Assembly (NCBI RefSeq): GCF_038025025.1
Contig: NW_027117338.1
Coordinates: forward strand, 682,001-746,000
Reading direction: 5' to 3'
Length of the DNA stretch: 64,000 bases
From: Phyllosticta citribraziliensis
Taxonomy: Eukaryota
Part shown: positions 27,245-42,149 of the stretch, in pieces
Layout of the letters: each line of letters begins with the position of its first letter
Numbering within the stretch: the first letter of the stretch is position 1
Made by a program: the position numbers and the translations under genes
The notes under the pieces: model-generated
What the model saw: only the letters and a program-made list of their open reading frames with translations
What the model was told of the DNA's origin: nothing
Database searches by the model: none

Positions 27245-27956
27245 TCTCGTCCGCGGAGATTGAGCATCGACGGAAATGCCGAAAGACAGTTGTAGAAGAT
27301 GGAACTTCCAAGGCGCATGCCGATGGATAGACTCCTTGTGCCGTTGGACTAGAAATCGAGAGGAGATGAAGATCAGACCCCGCCCTGCTAAGAAGATTCC
27401 AAAATCCGACGACCCCTCAAGACTAGCGTCGGATGGTTCAACAGACGAAGTAACGGTTTTTTGATCATGTTTGAATAGCCTCAGCATCCTGGTCCAGGAC
27501 CAGTCCGCCTTGACATGCATCTGCGGACTTGTTTTGCGATGAGCTGATTGGCCACGCACCTCGACTAGATGCCGTCTCAGTATCCGTCGCAGGGTACGAG
27601 GCTGCAGATGACCCTCCAACCCGTCTTGCTTTGCGCTACAATGTCAACACGCCTCGATACGAGCAACGGCATTTGCCCAAGCTTTATGGCACCGATTCTC
27701 GATCGCCGCAGGGATCCGCCAGAAAAGGAAGTCCTAGGAGCCGAGGTGGGGTGCCAGGCTGGAGCATTGTCGAGACCACAGTCGTCGCTACACCTGCTAC
27801 TGCAAGGCAGCACGCCATTTCTCCCCTCAGCACGCCAACGACTTTTCAGCCGCATCTTTACACGCAACCTTAATCGGACCCGTTAAGCCAACCCTAACGC
27901 TCTCGTTGCGGACCGCCGCCGTTGGCTAGCTGAGAGCGATCCGGCACTTGGGGTAA

Positions 27957-30004
<2,048 letters not shown>

Positions 30005-30429
30005 CCTTTGTCGTCTGCCTGAACCTCTCTCTATCCCTCACCTCTTCCTTCCTCAACGCACATTCTCAGATTCCAAACTCTACACATATGATAGATGACT
30101 GCTCAAATGAAGTAATGAACACAAGAGAAGCATCTGCTTGGTGGTGAGATGGGTTTGAACACTCCCCGCTCCTCCAAGAACAGCTGGGAATTGGGCTGTG
30201 GGTGCTTGCTATACATCCACACCTCACGGCCTCGTCCCATATAAGCGTGAAGACGGGGATCGAGATTCGCTGGCACTAACGTTTTCTAGCTCCGGGGACC
30301 CAGCATGCAAAGGCCATTGATATCACAGAGAGGCAGGAAAAAAGTCAAAGTGAGGAATTCCTCATTTCATATGCCATTCATATACACGAACGACCAAGCT
30401 AGAAGAACCAAAACCATCCGCTCCGCTAC

Positions 30430-31916
30430 CTACTCGGCAACCCACACAGCGGCCATGCCCATACCCGTGCCGATACACATGCTCGTGACGCCAATCTGCT
30501 CGCCACGGCGCTTCAACTCGTACAACAACGTCGAGACCTGCCTGGCACCGGTGCAACCGAGGGGATGGCCAAAGGCAATGGCGCCGCCCTTGGGATTGAC
30601 CTTGTTGATGTCGATGCCGAGCTCTTCGGCGCAAAAGAGGCACTGGCTGGCAAACGCCTCGTTGATCTCGTACACGTCGACGTCGCCCGTCGACAGGCCC
30701 GTCTTGGCCAGCGCCACGGGGATGGCCGCCGCGGGGCCCACGCCCATCAGGAGCGGCGGCACGCCCACCACCGACGCCTGCACGAACTTGCCCAGGATGG
30801 TTTGGCCGAGCTTTGCTGCCGTGCTGCGCTTCATCAGCAGCACCGCCGCCGCACCGTCGCTGATTTGCGACGCGTTGCCCGCGTGGATGCTGCCGTCTTT
30901 GGCGAATGCCGGCTTGATCTTGGCCAGCGACTCGGGAGTCATGCCCTCGCGCACGCCGTCATCGCGCGACACGGTGATGCGGCGCTCCTCGTCCGTCTTG
31001 GGGTCAACGAACAGGATGTTGTCCAGGGGCGCGATTTCGTTGTCAAAGAGGCCCTTCTTTTGAGCATCGACAGCCTTCTGGTACGACGCCGCCGCGAAGG
31101 CGTCTTGCTTGGATCGCGGGATCTTCTTGTCCTTGGCCATGGCTTCCGACAGTACGCCCATGGGCACGGTGCAGTTCTTGGATTCGGGGATGCTGTTGAG
31201 CAGTTCGGAGAACTCGGATACGGCTTGCGGTCTACCCTGTGTCAGTCTACACTATCAGAGGTTCCAGATAAAGTATTGACTTACCCGTACTGAGTGCTCA
31301 TGCTCTCCACACCCGCACCAACGCCCACCTCAATCATGCCGCTGCGGATCGCATTCGCAATGTCGACGCATGCCTGCAGCCCACTGCTACACTGCCTGTT
31401 CAAGCTCTTGACTGCGCTCGTTGTCGGAAAGCCGGCCGCAATGGCTGCCGCGCGGAATTCGGTAGCACCACCTCCAGGCGCGAGCACCGTGCCGACGGCA
31501 ATGTCCTCGACGAGCTTGGGGTCGATCTTTGAGCGTGCGATGAGGTTCTTGAAGGCGCCGTACAAAAGATCGGAAGCTTGCGTGTCCTTGAAGCCGCCGC
31601 GGCCGCCCTTGGTAATGGGCGTGCGCAGCGCGCATGTTACGACAATCTGGTGCGTCGAGTCAGTTTGTTGCTTCGCCGTGTTGTGTCGGTGCCCAGCGAA
31701 GGGGGTAGACTTACATCATCGGGGTTCTTTTCCAGAATGGCCTGCTTGCCCTGGGGGCTAGAAGACAAGTGGCCAGAGACTTGGGTGAGGCGATCCTGTG
31801 CTGCATCGCGCATCAGCATGTATCCGCCTATCCCTCGCATCCCGTAAAGCTCGAGCTCGAGCTCCCCACTGACGTATCCACGTACCCTTGCGGTTGCTGC
31901 CAGTTTGGTTGGCCAT
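30430..31916 (-). CDS. POT1: Peroxisomal 3-ketoacyl-CoA thiolase with PTS2, 4 exons
   Basis: PTS2 RLTQVSGHL (RLx5HL), NRQCSSGLQA, GNASQISDGAAA, YEINEAFASQ, GGAIAFGHPLGCTG and SMCIGTGMG. Confidence 0.95.
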
Positions 31917-32584
31917 TTTGCTCGAGACAGTAGAGGGGCTCGGTAGTAGGTGAAAGATGATGTTGCGGATCAAACTGTGAGCAGAGTCGAAATTGTAGAA
32001 CAGAAGAAGCGTACGGGCGAAAGAAGAGGACGGTTGTAGCTGGGCTGATCAGACCGAGGCTCGCCGCAAGTGGTTAGTGGCCTCGGATGCCGGCTGACTA
32101 AGGGTCCTTCACATGAAAATCTGGGGCGGACCAACGAGAGCCGCAGGATTGCGTCACGGCGCCCAAGCCAGCTGACTTTGGAGCTTACTGTTAAAGTTGC
32201 CAATCATCACTTGGGCTTGATTCGGGATGAAGTCCAATCCTAACATTTTCCTCTTTACTGAAAGTAGGCCCGCCTCCAGACAAGACATGCGACAACTTCT
32301 CCACTGAAAATGTTGGTCAGCCAGCTGCGACGACATCTACTTCGTTCTTAGAATCTCATCCAAACCAAACGCCACGCTCATCCGTCCTCCAGCAGCCTGC
32401 AACTCCTGGTCGATGCTAAAGTAAAAATTGTCCCAATGTCACTCATCTCGAGTGTCGACGGGCAGGCGGACGAAACGCGCCAGTTAAAAGAGAAAAAGAA
32501 AAGAGGAAAAGGCACAACACAATACAGGTTGATTCCAGAAACGACGGATGCGACTGTCGACATGAGACCCTGATTCTCGACGCA

Positions 32585-33545
32585 TTACCGCCCACTCTCG
32601 TCATTTCTTAACCTTCGCTCCAGCTCATCCGCGACGCTCTCCCTCTGCACCTCCTCATAATCTGGCGGAGGATCTGCAGGCGGCTCGTAGTTATCCGTAG
32701 GCTTGGGCGCCGCAGCAGCCATACTGTCCGGGCTGCTGGTGCCCAGCCCACTGTCCCTTCCAGCGCCCAGATTCGTCGCTGCTGGCGGCGCTGGGTGTGG
32801 TGCCGAGGGAGCTGATGGCGCATCTACCGGGGGTGGAGGTTCGTAGGCGGGCAGCTGGTCGAGGTGTACGGCTTCGAGGTCGACACCGCCAAAAGCACCG
32901 GGTCCGCGCAGACTGTCACTTTCCGTGTATCGGCCACTGTCGCGCGCAACGTCCACGGCCTGCTGCAGGCGCTCCTTGATGCGTCCGTAGGTTGTTGCAA
33001 AGTCGTATGCGCCGCCGTCCTTAAATGTGAGCTTGAGCTCAAGCTCGCTGTGTTGTGGGGGAATGTTGCCTCCTGGGACGGGTCGCACAAGAGCGAGCCA
33101 GTAGTTGGCGCCCCAGAGCGGTGTCACGACGTGCGTGTCGCGGAGGTTGAGGATGAAGGCTGCGAAGGACTGCAGTTGCTCGGTGGGTTTTGCTGGGAGG
33201 TATACGACGCGCTGATTGGTGAGATAGACTGTGCCCGCGCTGCTGGACAGGGAGAAGGGCTCGTTGCCGGGGAACTTGTTTTTCGACTGGAGCGACAGGG
33301 TGGTGCGCGGCGACGATTTCCAAAGGTGTTGCTCTCCCGGAAGAAGAGCGAAGCCGTCTGGCTCGGCGAGCATAACCCAACTGACCTGGTCAGCACAAGA
33401 ACTTTCTAGCTGGAAATTCCAACGAGGCGGAAGAGTGTGCGAGTCCCAAGAACAGGGCCAACTAAAAGCTGCCGACGGGCAAGGATGCAAGCGAGCCGGT
33501 GCGGTGGAGGAGCAGCGGAAGCCAAGATTCTTACTTGAGGGACAT
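32585..33545 (-). CDS. WBP2-like PH/GRAM-domain protein with Pro-rich PY-type motifs, 2 exons
   Basis: MSLN|WVML across intron 33381-33534, GTVYLTNQRVVYLP, PLWGANYW and LKLTFKDGGAYDF. The tail has LPAYE and PPPDYEE. Confidence 0.8.
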
Positions 33546-35089
33546 GTTAATGGTTGCTGTCGAGCAGTAGATTTGGCTGTGGTGGTCGTGGGTCTTGGGC
33601 AGGCGAAAATGGTGTTGGAGTGCGTGGTGAGAAAGTTTCGGTTCAGTTGTGAGATGAGGTAGGTGGATTGGGAAAGCGTAGAGGGAAGCATGCTGCGCGC
33701 CAGCCGGAGCGGGCCCGTGCGCAAGCACCTCACCTCCAGCTGCAGTCCAGGCCCCGGTCCCGGTCCCGGGTGGCCGTCGACGCCTGGACTCCCCATTGCG
33801 CGTCTTGGCCAAAATGGGATAACCTGCGGCTACAGCGCCTGCTGCCAGCTCAAAGTTGGCAATTCTGTGCCTGGTTTGGGAAGTTATGCCACGAACGTCT
33901 ATTTCCATGAAGTCCATTTCGACACGGTGTCGAGGACGAAACTCACTCGGTGTAGAACCTGCTCCAGTCATCCGGACAAACAAGCGGAGAACGTTCTACA
34001 AACGTTGACCAACGGAAAAGAGGACCGAGTCAGGCGTGTTCGTCCCAGATGATTAATTGGACCGGACGGTCAGACGGAGTCACGGAGCGCCTCGGACGGG
34101 CCCAGCGGCCAGAGTCCGCGCGGAGCCGGCAGCGACCGACGGTGCAGCGAAGGGAGTCATCCCAGAGGCTCAAGCCAGACTTTCCCAACACGAGGAGAAA
34201 CAGACAGGGAAAGCCGTTCGAAAGCTCGTGTTCACCATGCCAACTCATGCACGTCAGAGTTTCCCGTCCGTCAGAGAGCTTGAGCTACGTTGATTCATTA
34301 TCACTATGCTCTGCCGCAAGCAACACCAGTCTTGGAGCAATCTTTCTGCATCACAACGCTACTACCGCTTCCAACACCAGCCCCATGCCCTTTCCTTCGG
34401 TCTAAAGCCATGCCGTATGAGCCATCGTCCCATTCACAGTCCCATATGTACAGTCGAACCACACGCTTCGCCTCAACCCACCTCGACTGGTCTGCCTAAT
34501 AGAAGACGCAGACGCTGCTCCGCAACGCAACGCAAGCAAAAAAGCCAAGCCAGACAGGTCGCTTGTTCAGCCGTCATAAAGGGGTCCAGTAAACAAGCCA
34601 AGGAAAAGGGAAAGGAGATCCAAGAATGACAGAGATCTGTGTAGGATAAGAAAGTTGACGATCAAAGCCAGTCGACTCCTTCGAGATGAGAGTTGATTGT
34701 CCAATGACAAGTTCTGCAGAAGGAGACGCCTACAGACAAACAAATGAAATGGACTAGGAATACAAGCGCCGTAGACGCCACCAACACGCTCGCACAAGCC
34801 CAACGCAAACACAAACAATGGCTGCCGTCGTAAACCGTGGAAAGGCTCTAGTAACAACATTCGGAGAAGTGAATCGCACCGTAGGATTGCGCCCTCGAAG
34901 GCGGCGATGGAGCGCCAGCTCTTGATGAGCTCACGCACGAAGAGATCTCGAAGAAACGCCAGAGAGCGCCGCAGCGGAGTCCTAATTTTCAATTTTGCTG
35001 CCAGACCAGGGCCACAAGCTACCTAGTTTACTGCTGCTGCTCGTGACGTGGCCTCGTTCTACGCTTTCCGGGGAAAGTGGATGGCGTGT

Positions 35090-37085
35090 CTACGCAAAGG
35101 TGTTCTTGACCAGGCCGGTGATGTCGCCGGCGTTGTCTGGGTAGACGTAAAAGGCGATGGCGATGATAATGTACCTGAACTCGTGTCAGTAAGTCGTGTT
35201 TCAATTTTGACGCCGCGTCCGAGACATGCATGCATGCAGCTCTGCAGATGTCGTGCAGGACGGAAATCAAAAGGAGATACTCACGTTCCAATGCACATGG
35301 CGCCCTCGAGGTAGTTGCTCTTGCCATCCTGGATCAAGTAGTTCATAACCAAGACGCTCACGAAGAAGACCACCGTCTCAAACGTCTGGAAGTGCAGCGT
35401 CATGGGGATTCCCATGATCCAGCCGAGCAGAACCAGAAACGGCGTCACAAACAGCGCAATCTGCATGCTTGAGCCAATCGCGACGTTGATGGCCAAGTCC
35501 ATCTTGCTCTTGTATGCCACAACGACAGCCGTGACATGCTCGGCCGCATTGCCGACAATGGGGAGCAGAATGAGACCGATAAACGTCTTGGAAATGTGCG
35601 CAGTCTGGACGATGCTATCGATGCTGTCCACTAGGAATTCTGCGCACACAGCAACGGCGACGGTGATGATGACCAATGTGAAACCGGCTGCAACGGGGCC
35701 CAGCGTCTTGCCCTCAGGTGCTTCTTCTTGTTCAGCATCCTCGCCCTCTGGCGGCGCCTCGACCTCGGTAAACAGATTGGCGTGCGACTTGAGCTGGAAC
35801 CACAAGTACAGGATGTAGAGAAGCAGCAGGATGATGGCAGTGCCGTGCGACAGGACGAGTATGTGCTGTTCGCTCTCCTTGTCAGATGTAGGCAGCACTG
35901 AGTAGAGAGTGGCGGGAATGATGAGCGAGGCGCAAGCCACCGCCATCAAAGATGACATGGTCGATGCAACGGTCTCGTTGAATGCTTGCTCGCTGCGGCT
36001 GAGGCCACCCGCGAGGAAGCAGCAGCCGAGGACGAGGAGACTGTTGGATAGGATAGAGCCCAGCATGCTAGACTGTACGATGCGAATCTCGCCATTCTTC
36101 AAGGCCACGATGGAGACCTGAGCGCGCGCACTTATTAGACTCGGAAAACTTTCACTTCCAATCAGCGCACAAACTCACTATCAGTTCAACGGCATTTCCA
36201 AAGGTTGCGTTCATCAGACCACCAATCGTCTGTCCAAGCTTGGCCGAAAGCTCCTCCGTCGCAAAACTCAACAGGGCAGCAAGAGGGATGATGGCGACGA
36301 AGTTCTGCACAATTGTGAGCGCTGGAGTCGCAAGTTTGATTGGCGCAAGCATACAAGGCAAAAGACAGCCGAAGGAGACCAGCCGAGAGCGCCGGCGATT
36401 ATGCCCAGCGGCACAAAGACGAGCAGCACATTGACGTAGTTGCTGGCCAGGACCTGCCACGCGGTGTAGGAGACGAGGCCGGAGTAGCGCACGTAAGAGC
36501 GACGATCATGATGACCCCAGGGTTCGGGTTCGTCGTGGTTGGCGGATGAACCGTGAGCCAGGTTGTTTGCGATCAAGGGAGTGACCTCGGAGACGATGGA
36601 GGCGGTGCCGTTCTCGCCGGGGGTGTGGGTGTGGTTGTTGGAGTTGCCGCCGTTGGCATGGGCTGGCGGCGACATGTTCTGATTGTTGGAAGGGCCTAGG
36701 GAGCCGTACTTGCTGGAGTGGCGGCGGTGGAACTTTTGCAGGAAACCTTTGTAGTAGACTGTGGCGGAGTGCCAATGGGCATCAGCATTTCCCAAAGCTT
36801 GGCTGGGGGGTAGGAGCGTGACGTGACGAGGAACAGGGACAGGAACAGGAATTCAAGGAAGGGCGCCGGGGCCCTAGATGTAGTACAAGACAGGTTGGGA
36901 AAAAAGGGAAAAAGAGTTTTGAGTTGAAAGGGCAGGGTAGGATGGGTGAGGTCGAGGGTGGATAATTGATTCCCAAGTAACAGGCAGGGTCCCAGCAGGG
37001 AGTTGATGCCAAGACGAGCCTAATGTGTTGGATGATGTCGGAGGAGGACAAAGAGGAGAGGCGGGATGGCGTGCGGGCTGGACGA
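35090..37085 (-). CDS. VCX1: Vacuolar Ca2+/H+ exchanger (CAX family)
   Basis: [13 protein letters not shown], alpha-1 repeat [15 protein letters not shown], alpha-2 repeat [21 protein letters not shown] and [12 protein letters not shown]. The last exon [12 protein letters not shown] ends at TAG 35090. The start is modelled as a 4-nt exon ATGG (37082-37085) plus intron 36747-37081, giving [12 protein letters not shown]; alternative ATG at 36675. Confidence 0.93.
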
Positions 37086-38140
37086 ATGCAAGGTCACCTA
37101 CCCATGGCTGATGGCTGCAGAAAAACCAAAGCAATTTGTGCCAACGGTCAGTCAGTCACGGAGCCGGGGCGGATCGAAGCGGGATGGGATGGGATGCGTG
37201 AGATGAGCAGCCGTCAGGTGGAATTCCGAATCGAGAGGCACAAGGGGAGGCGGTGCAGGGCCGCTGCAGTGCTGAGGGCGGAGGGCGGCGGGCGGGCTTG
37301 GGCGAGAGACTTGCAGCGAGGCTTTGCAGATGAGGAGAACAAGTCCGGTGATGGATGATGAGAGATAGGTAGAGGAGGAGGAACGGAAACGGACGAGGGA
37401 GAAAACAGGCAAGCCGTCGACTAGGTACAGTACACGACGCGAGCGACGGGCGGTGATGCGGTACGACAGGGCACATCAGATTGGGCCCGCTCGGCGACGT
37501 AGCCAATGGGGACGTGACGTTGGTGGTGTTGAGGTATTTCTTGGCGGGGCGCGAGGGGGCTGTGCAAACCTCATCATCACCACCTCATCAGCTCCAGCTC
37601 CACGGCAGCTCCACGGCAGCTCCAGCTCCAGCTTCCACTCGGATTGCACTCCGACCCGACGTCAGATGTGACCGTCTCGCACCTCGACCACATGGTGGTG
37701 GAATTCATCCACGGCGAAACACCAGCATCCACGAGTTTCAAACACCACCTCTCCCCACCACCCACCGCCCACCCATTCCGCGCCAGCCATGTGGGATGCG
37801 ACCATCCAGCAATCCTGCAATGTTGGCCTCACCCATGCCAGGCCATGCCATGTACATGCACTGCGCTGTGCCGAGCCGACGTCGCCTCATCCTTCGCGTA
37901 CCTGTCACGGCTCCACGTTTTCGGGCAATTTAAGCTGCTGCATCCCAGCCCATCGCCAAGTCCGACGACCTGCCCTCCGCCAAGCTTCGCCATCCGCCGC
38001 GCCAAACGACCATCATGATCTCCCCTTAACCGCAACGGGTAGGTCGGTGGCTACCGAGTAGTCAGCTTGGTGTCCCCGTCCAAAACACTGCAGAGCCAAG
38101 CGCCCGCCTGTTGTGGCGAAGCACATAAAACGCCGCCTTC

Positions 38141-39148
38141 CAGCCTCCCGTTTTCTTCTATCTCGTCCTCCGCTAAATTATCGCGCTCTTTGTTCCTTCA
38201 TTCTTCCTTCCTCTCTCTCATTCTGGCCCGTCCATTATGCGCGCGCGGAAAAAAAGCGACCGAGCTGCGCCTTTTTTTCAAACTCACCGTCATTTGTTTT
38301 TTCCCTTTTGCGCCGTTATGCCGCTCCAAGACCGTTGGTCGCCACGGTCAAGGCGCAGCGAGCAGTAGCCTGTCAGGCAGTTGCTTGTCCAGCGAGCTGC
38401 GTTACTCGCAACGAGCAGGCTGATCGCCGTTTTGACGGTGAATGCCGTGCGGACCTTTCATTAGGCAGAGAGGCGGGCACAACGCCGCAGGGAAAAAAGA
38501 GTAAGCTGCGTTATCTGCCCTCCGTACATTTGCCTATTAGTCTTGCGCTCGCTGCCATGTGCCTGCGCGTATCGCCGTCACAGCCATGATGGAGGGCGAG
38601 AACGAAGACCGAAGACGAGTTTGGCCAAGACTGCGACCCAACAGCGAGTCATCGCCCGCTTCAGCCTCGTCGTGTCCAGCCTGGAGCAATCGATCCACCA
38701 GGCAGGCGAGCGGTGGCGCAGTAGATGGGACATCGGGCTGGTGAAAAGAAGCCTTTGCCTGACTTCTTGTTTTCCGTCTCGCACGGGATGACGACAGATA
38801 GGGTGCCTTGATCCAATCCAGCCTCACCTGGAGACGAGGATGATGATTGCACTATCTTGCGGTACGGTACGGCACGGCCATGGGGCTGAGGCTGATGCTG
38901 TCTGCACATGTCAGATGCGACTGTGTCTAGCATACGAGGCTCGTTCCTCGCAGTGAGAAAAGAAGGTTTGGGTCCAGAGACGAGGAAATCTTGTCGTATA
39001 AGGAGCGCGGGTGAGAAGCATTAAAGTACTTGGCAGTTCGAGGGATTGCTCCCACTCTTCTCAGACGTGCGAACACGGAGCAGCCGAGTGATTATGTTTG
39101 CCATGGCTTTTGGCAGCAAGACTCTACAACAGCCTCGGCCGCAGCCAC
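38141..39148. promoter_or_regulatory. Cluster of Crz1/CrzA calcineurin-dependent response element cores (GAGGCTG/GTGGCTG)
   Basis: CAGCCTC at 38141, 38662, 38819 and 39130, GAGGCTG at 38888 and CAGCCAC at 39142, all in the divergent VCX1/sugar-porter intergenic region. Confidence 0.6.
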
Positions 39149-40019
39149 TCGGACCACATGCGCTGACCTATCTGATAGAAAGAAGTGACTCGTCCTCGTA
39201 GTGTTTATCCGACCACTAAACACGACCAACGGCGCCTCACCCCATCATTGACTAACTCACTTGAGCCACCTGACCTCACCCATTGCCAGCCCAGCAGCGT
39301 TGAGCAAAGCGCAAAGACGAAATCACCTCGGAGCCTCCCCACAGCACAAAGGCGGGCGTCAATAAGTCAGCGAGTAGACTTTCTGGGGTCCCCGCAAAAC
39401 GACGAAACCAGATTGGCGGAGAAACCACCCCCCCTCAACCCTCGCCAACATGGCTGCCGCCCACGCCCACCACGGACGGGGCAGCGGCGCACCCAGAGCT
39501 CCGTCCCAGAGTCGGGGTTGGCATTGGCACGAAGATGCTCCGCGGTCTAGTAGCGAGACCTTCTGGCCGCCCCAATGGCCAGCCGAGAAAATTGCAGTCC
39601 TGTCTTCCCCCCAATCACCTGTCCGTCACCTTGTCCACCGCGCCGCCTTGTCACGAGCTCTTTGGCGGGCCAAGCGACACGAGGCGCTCGCTGTCGAAGG
39701 ATTGCATCACGCACGCTGGAGCAAGCGAAGCCATTTCTTTGTCTCGAGACAAAGAAGGAAGAGAAAGAGGGCGCTGTTGGGAGGAAGGCCCCCATTTAGG
39801 CGCGGTGGGCGAGTTTTTCCTGGCCCGCGGTGGCTTTCGTGATGATGCGGAGAAGCGTTGGCATTCTGGGGAAAACTATAAAATAAACGTCCCTTTGTGT
39901 GGTGGATGCAAAGTGCTTTTGCGCCTCGATCGATTTGTTGTGGTGTCGCTGCGCACTCACTCCACTCTTCTAACTAACTGCGCTGCTGCTGTCGGCCGTC
40001 GTAGGCAGTCTCTGTCGCC

Positions 40020-41889
40020 ATGGCTTTGCCGCCCAAATGGTACCAAGTACGCGCGCGACACTTTGCTGGTGGAGAGGCTTTGGTCCCATGACATGAGGCT
40101 AATCGCCGTACAGTTCCTCGTCTGCGTCTTCGCGTCGCTGGGCTCTGTCCTCTACGGTTACGACTTGGGTACTTGACCATAGCCTGTGCAAGCGGCGCTG
40201 GACCTCTGCTGAAACGAATTTTCCAGGTGTCATCGCCGAAGTCATTGCCAGCGGCTCCTTCATCTCCAAGTTCGGCGACGATGACAACAAGACGGGCGCC
40301 GTCGTGTCCGTCTTCACCGGCGGCGCCTTTTTTGGTGCCATGTTGGCCGGGCCCACGGGCGACTACCTGGGCCGCAAGCTGACGATCTTGATTGGCTCGC
40401 TCATTTTCATCCTCGGGGGTGGCCTGCAGACGGGTGCCCAGAGTATTGATTACTTGTATTCTGGACGCTGCTTGGCCGGTGTTGGGTGCGTCTTTGTCTG
40501 CCGGTTTGTGATTCAGGGGTTGCTGACACTTTTGCAGTGTTGGGTTTTTGGTCATGGTAATCCCCTTATATCAGGCCGAGCTGGCCCACCCCTCGATCCG
40601 CGGACGCGTGACTGCGTTGCAGCAGTTCATGCTGGGGATAGGTGCCCTGTCAGCCTCCTGGATCAGCTACGGCACGTACATTGGATTCGCCGAGACAGAC
40701 AACCGGCAATGGCGCGTCTCACTGGGAATACAAGTCGTGCCAGCGGGCCTCCTGGCCATGCTGATTCTCCTGTTCCCAGAATCGCCGCGTTGGCTGATTG
40801 ACCACGGAAGACCGGACGACGGACTGCGCACGCTGGCCAAACTGCACGCCCACGGCAACGAAGACGACGCGTGGGTCCGCGCCGAGTTCGAGCAGATCCA
40901 GGAGGCCATCACCATGGAGCATGAGCACGAGGCCAAGTCGTACACCGAGCTCTTCACCGACAAGTCGTGCTTCCGCCGGCTCTTCATCGCCGTGTCCCTG
41001 CAGGCGTCGGTCCAAATGACGGGCGTGTCGGCCATCCAGTACTACTCGGTGGACATTTACAAGCAGATTGGCATCGCCGGCGACGACACGCTCAAGTACC
41101 AGGCCATCAACTCGGTCATTGCGCTCGTGGCCCAGTTCTTCACCATCCTCTTCATTGACCGCACTGGGCGCCGCTGGCCGTTGATCTTTGGCAATCTGGG
41201 CAACTGCGTCACCTTCATCATAGCCACGACGCTGCTGGCCAAGTTCCCGCCAGGCGCGACGGGCAATAATGGCGCGAGTTGGGGCTTCATCGCCATGACG
41301 TGGCTTTACAACTTCTCGTTCAGTTGCACGTGTGGACCCCTTTCCTGGATCAGTAAGTTTTTTCCGCCATTCCAAGATGAAAGTCCACTAATCTCGACAA
41401 GTCCCTGCCGAGATATTCGACACTCGCACTCGCAGCAAAGGCGTCTCTATTGCCACCATGACTTCGTTTGCTTTCAACACCAGTGAGTTTCCATTTTCGG
41501 TAAAGATTTGACGAAAAATAATATGCTAATTTATTAAAGTGATTGGCCAGGTTACACCCAAGGCACTCTCAGCAGTTGGATACAAGTTCTACATCCTTTT
41601 TGTGGTAAGTGCGCGTGATATCAAACCAGGGAACCAAAGCTCCTTGAACATCAGCTGATTCGCCAAACTTCAGGTCTGCAATTTCACAAACGCCATTTTC
41701 TTCTGGGCCATCCTGCCCGAGACTGCTCGTCGCCCACTCGAGGAGATGAACTACCTGTTTACCAATGCGCCGTACTTTGTGCCAACCATGGATTATGCAA
41801 CCGTTGAGACGCATGATCTTGAGCGCAGAGTGGAAGAGGTCGAGCGCAAAGGGAGCTTCAGCGTGCACCACGAGGAATCTGTGCGATAG
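40020..41889 (+). CDS. MFS sugar porter (high-affinity glucose transporter-like), 7 exons
   Basis: MALPPKWYQ|FLVCVFASLGSVLYGYDLG|VIAE, DYLGRK, PLYQAELAHPSIRG, PESPRWL, QMTGVSAIQYY, DRTGRR, WIIPAEIF and LPETARRPLEEM. TATAAA lies near 39877. Confidence 0.93.
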
Positions 41890-42149
41890 TCGCAAGGGCC
41901 TTTGTTGTAATGGGTGTGATTGGGTCAACTTCCCTACTTTTAGCTTGCTCCTGTTCAGCATCTCACCATGTCATAGCTTGTCTTAATTCGTACATGTACT
42001 TTCATTTGTACCTTGCCCGTGCGCAAAAGGCCGAGCTTTGATCAGTCCTACCGTAAGAATGCGCTTCATGACCACGCCATACGCCATGAGAAAATCATTC
42101 CAGCCTCCCAATGCAAGCCACTTCAGCTGGCGCCCATAAATGCTCCACT

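Noticed and set aside
33381..33983. N-terminal extensions of the WBP2-like gene (403-aa ORF from 33796 and the 150-aa ORF 33531-33983)
   Set aside because: Readthrough of the intron and GC-rich upstream sequence. The spliced MSLN|WVML start fits the family and the extensions are featureless.
38840..38895. Box C (ATGATGA) and box D (CTGA) suggesting a C/D snoRNA
   Set aside because: Spacing is only about 50 nt, with no terminal stem or recognisable guide sequence.
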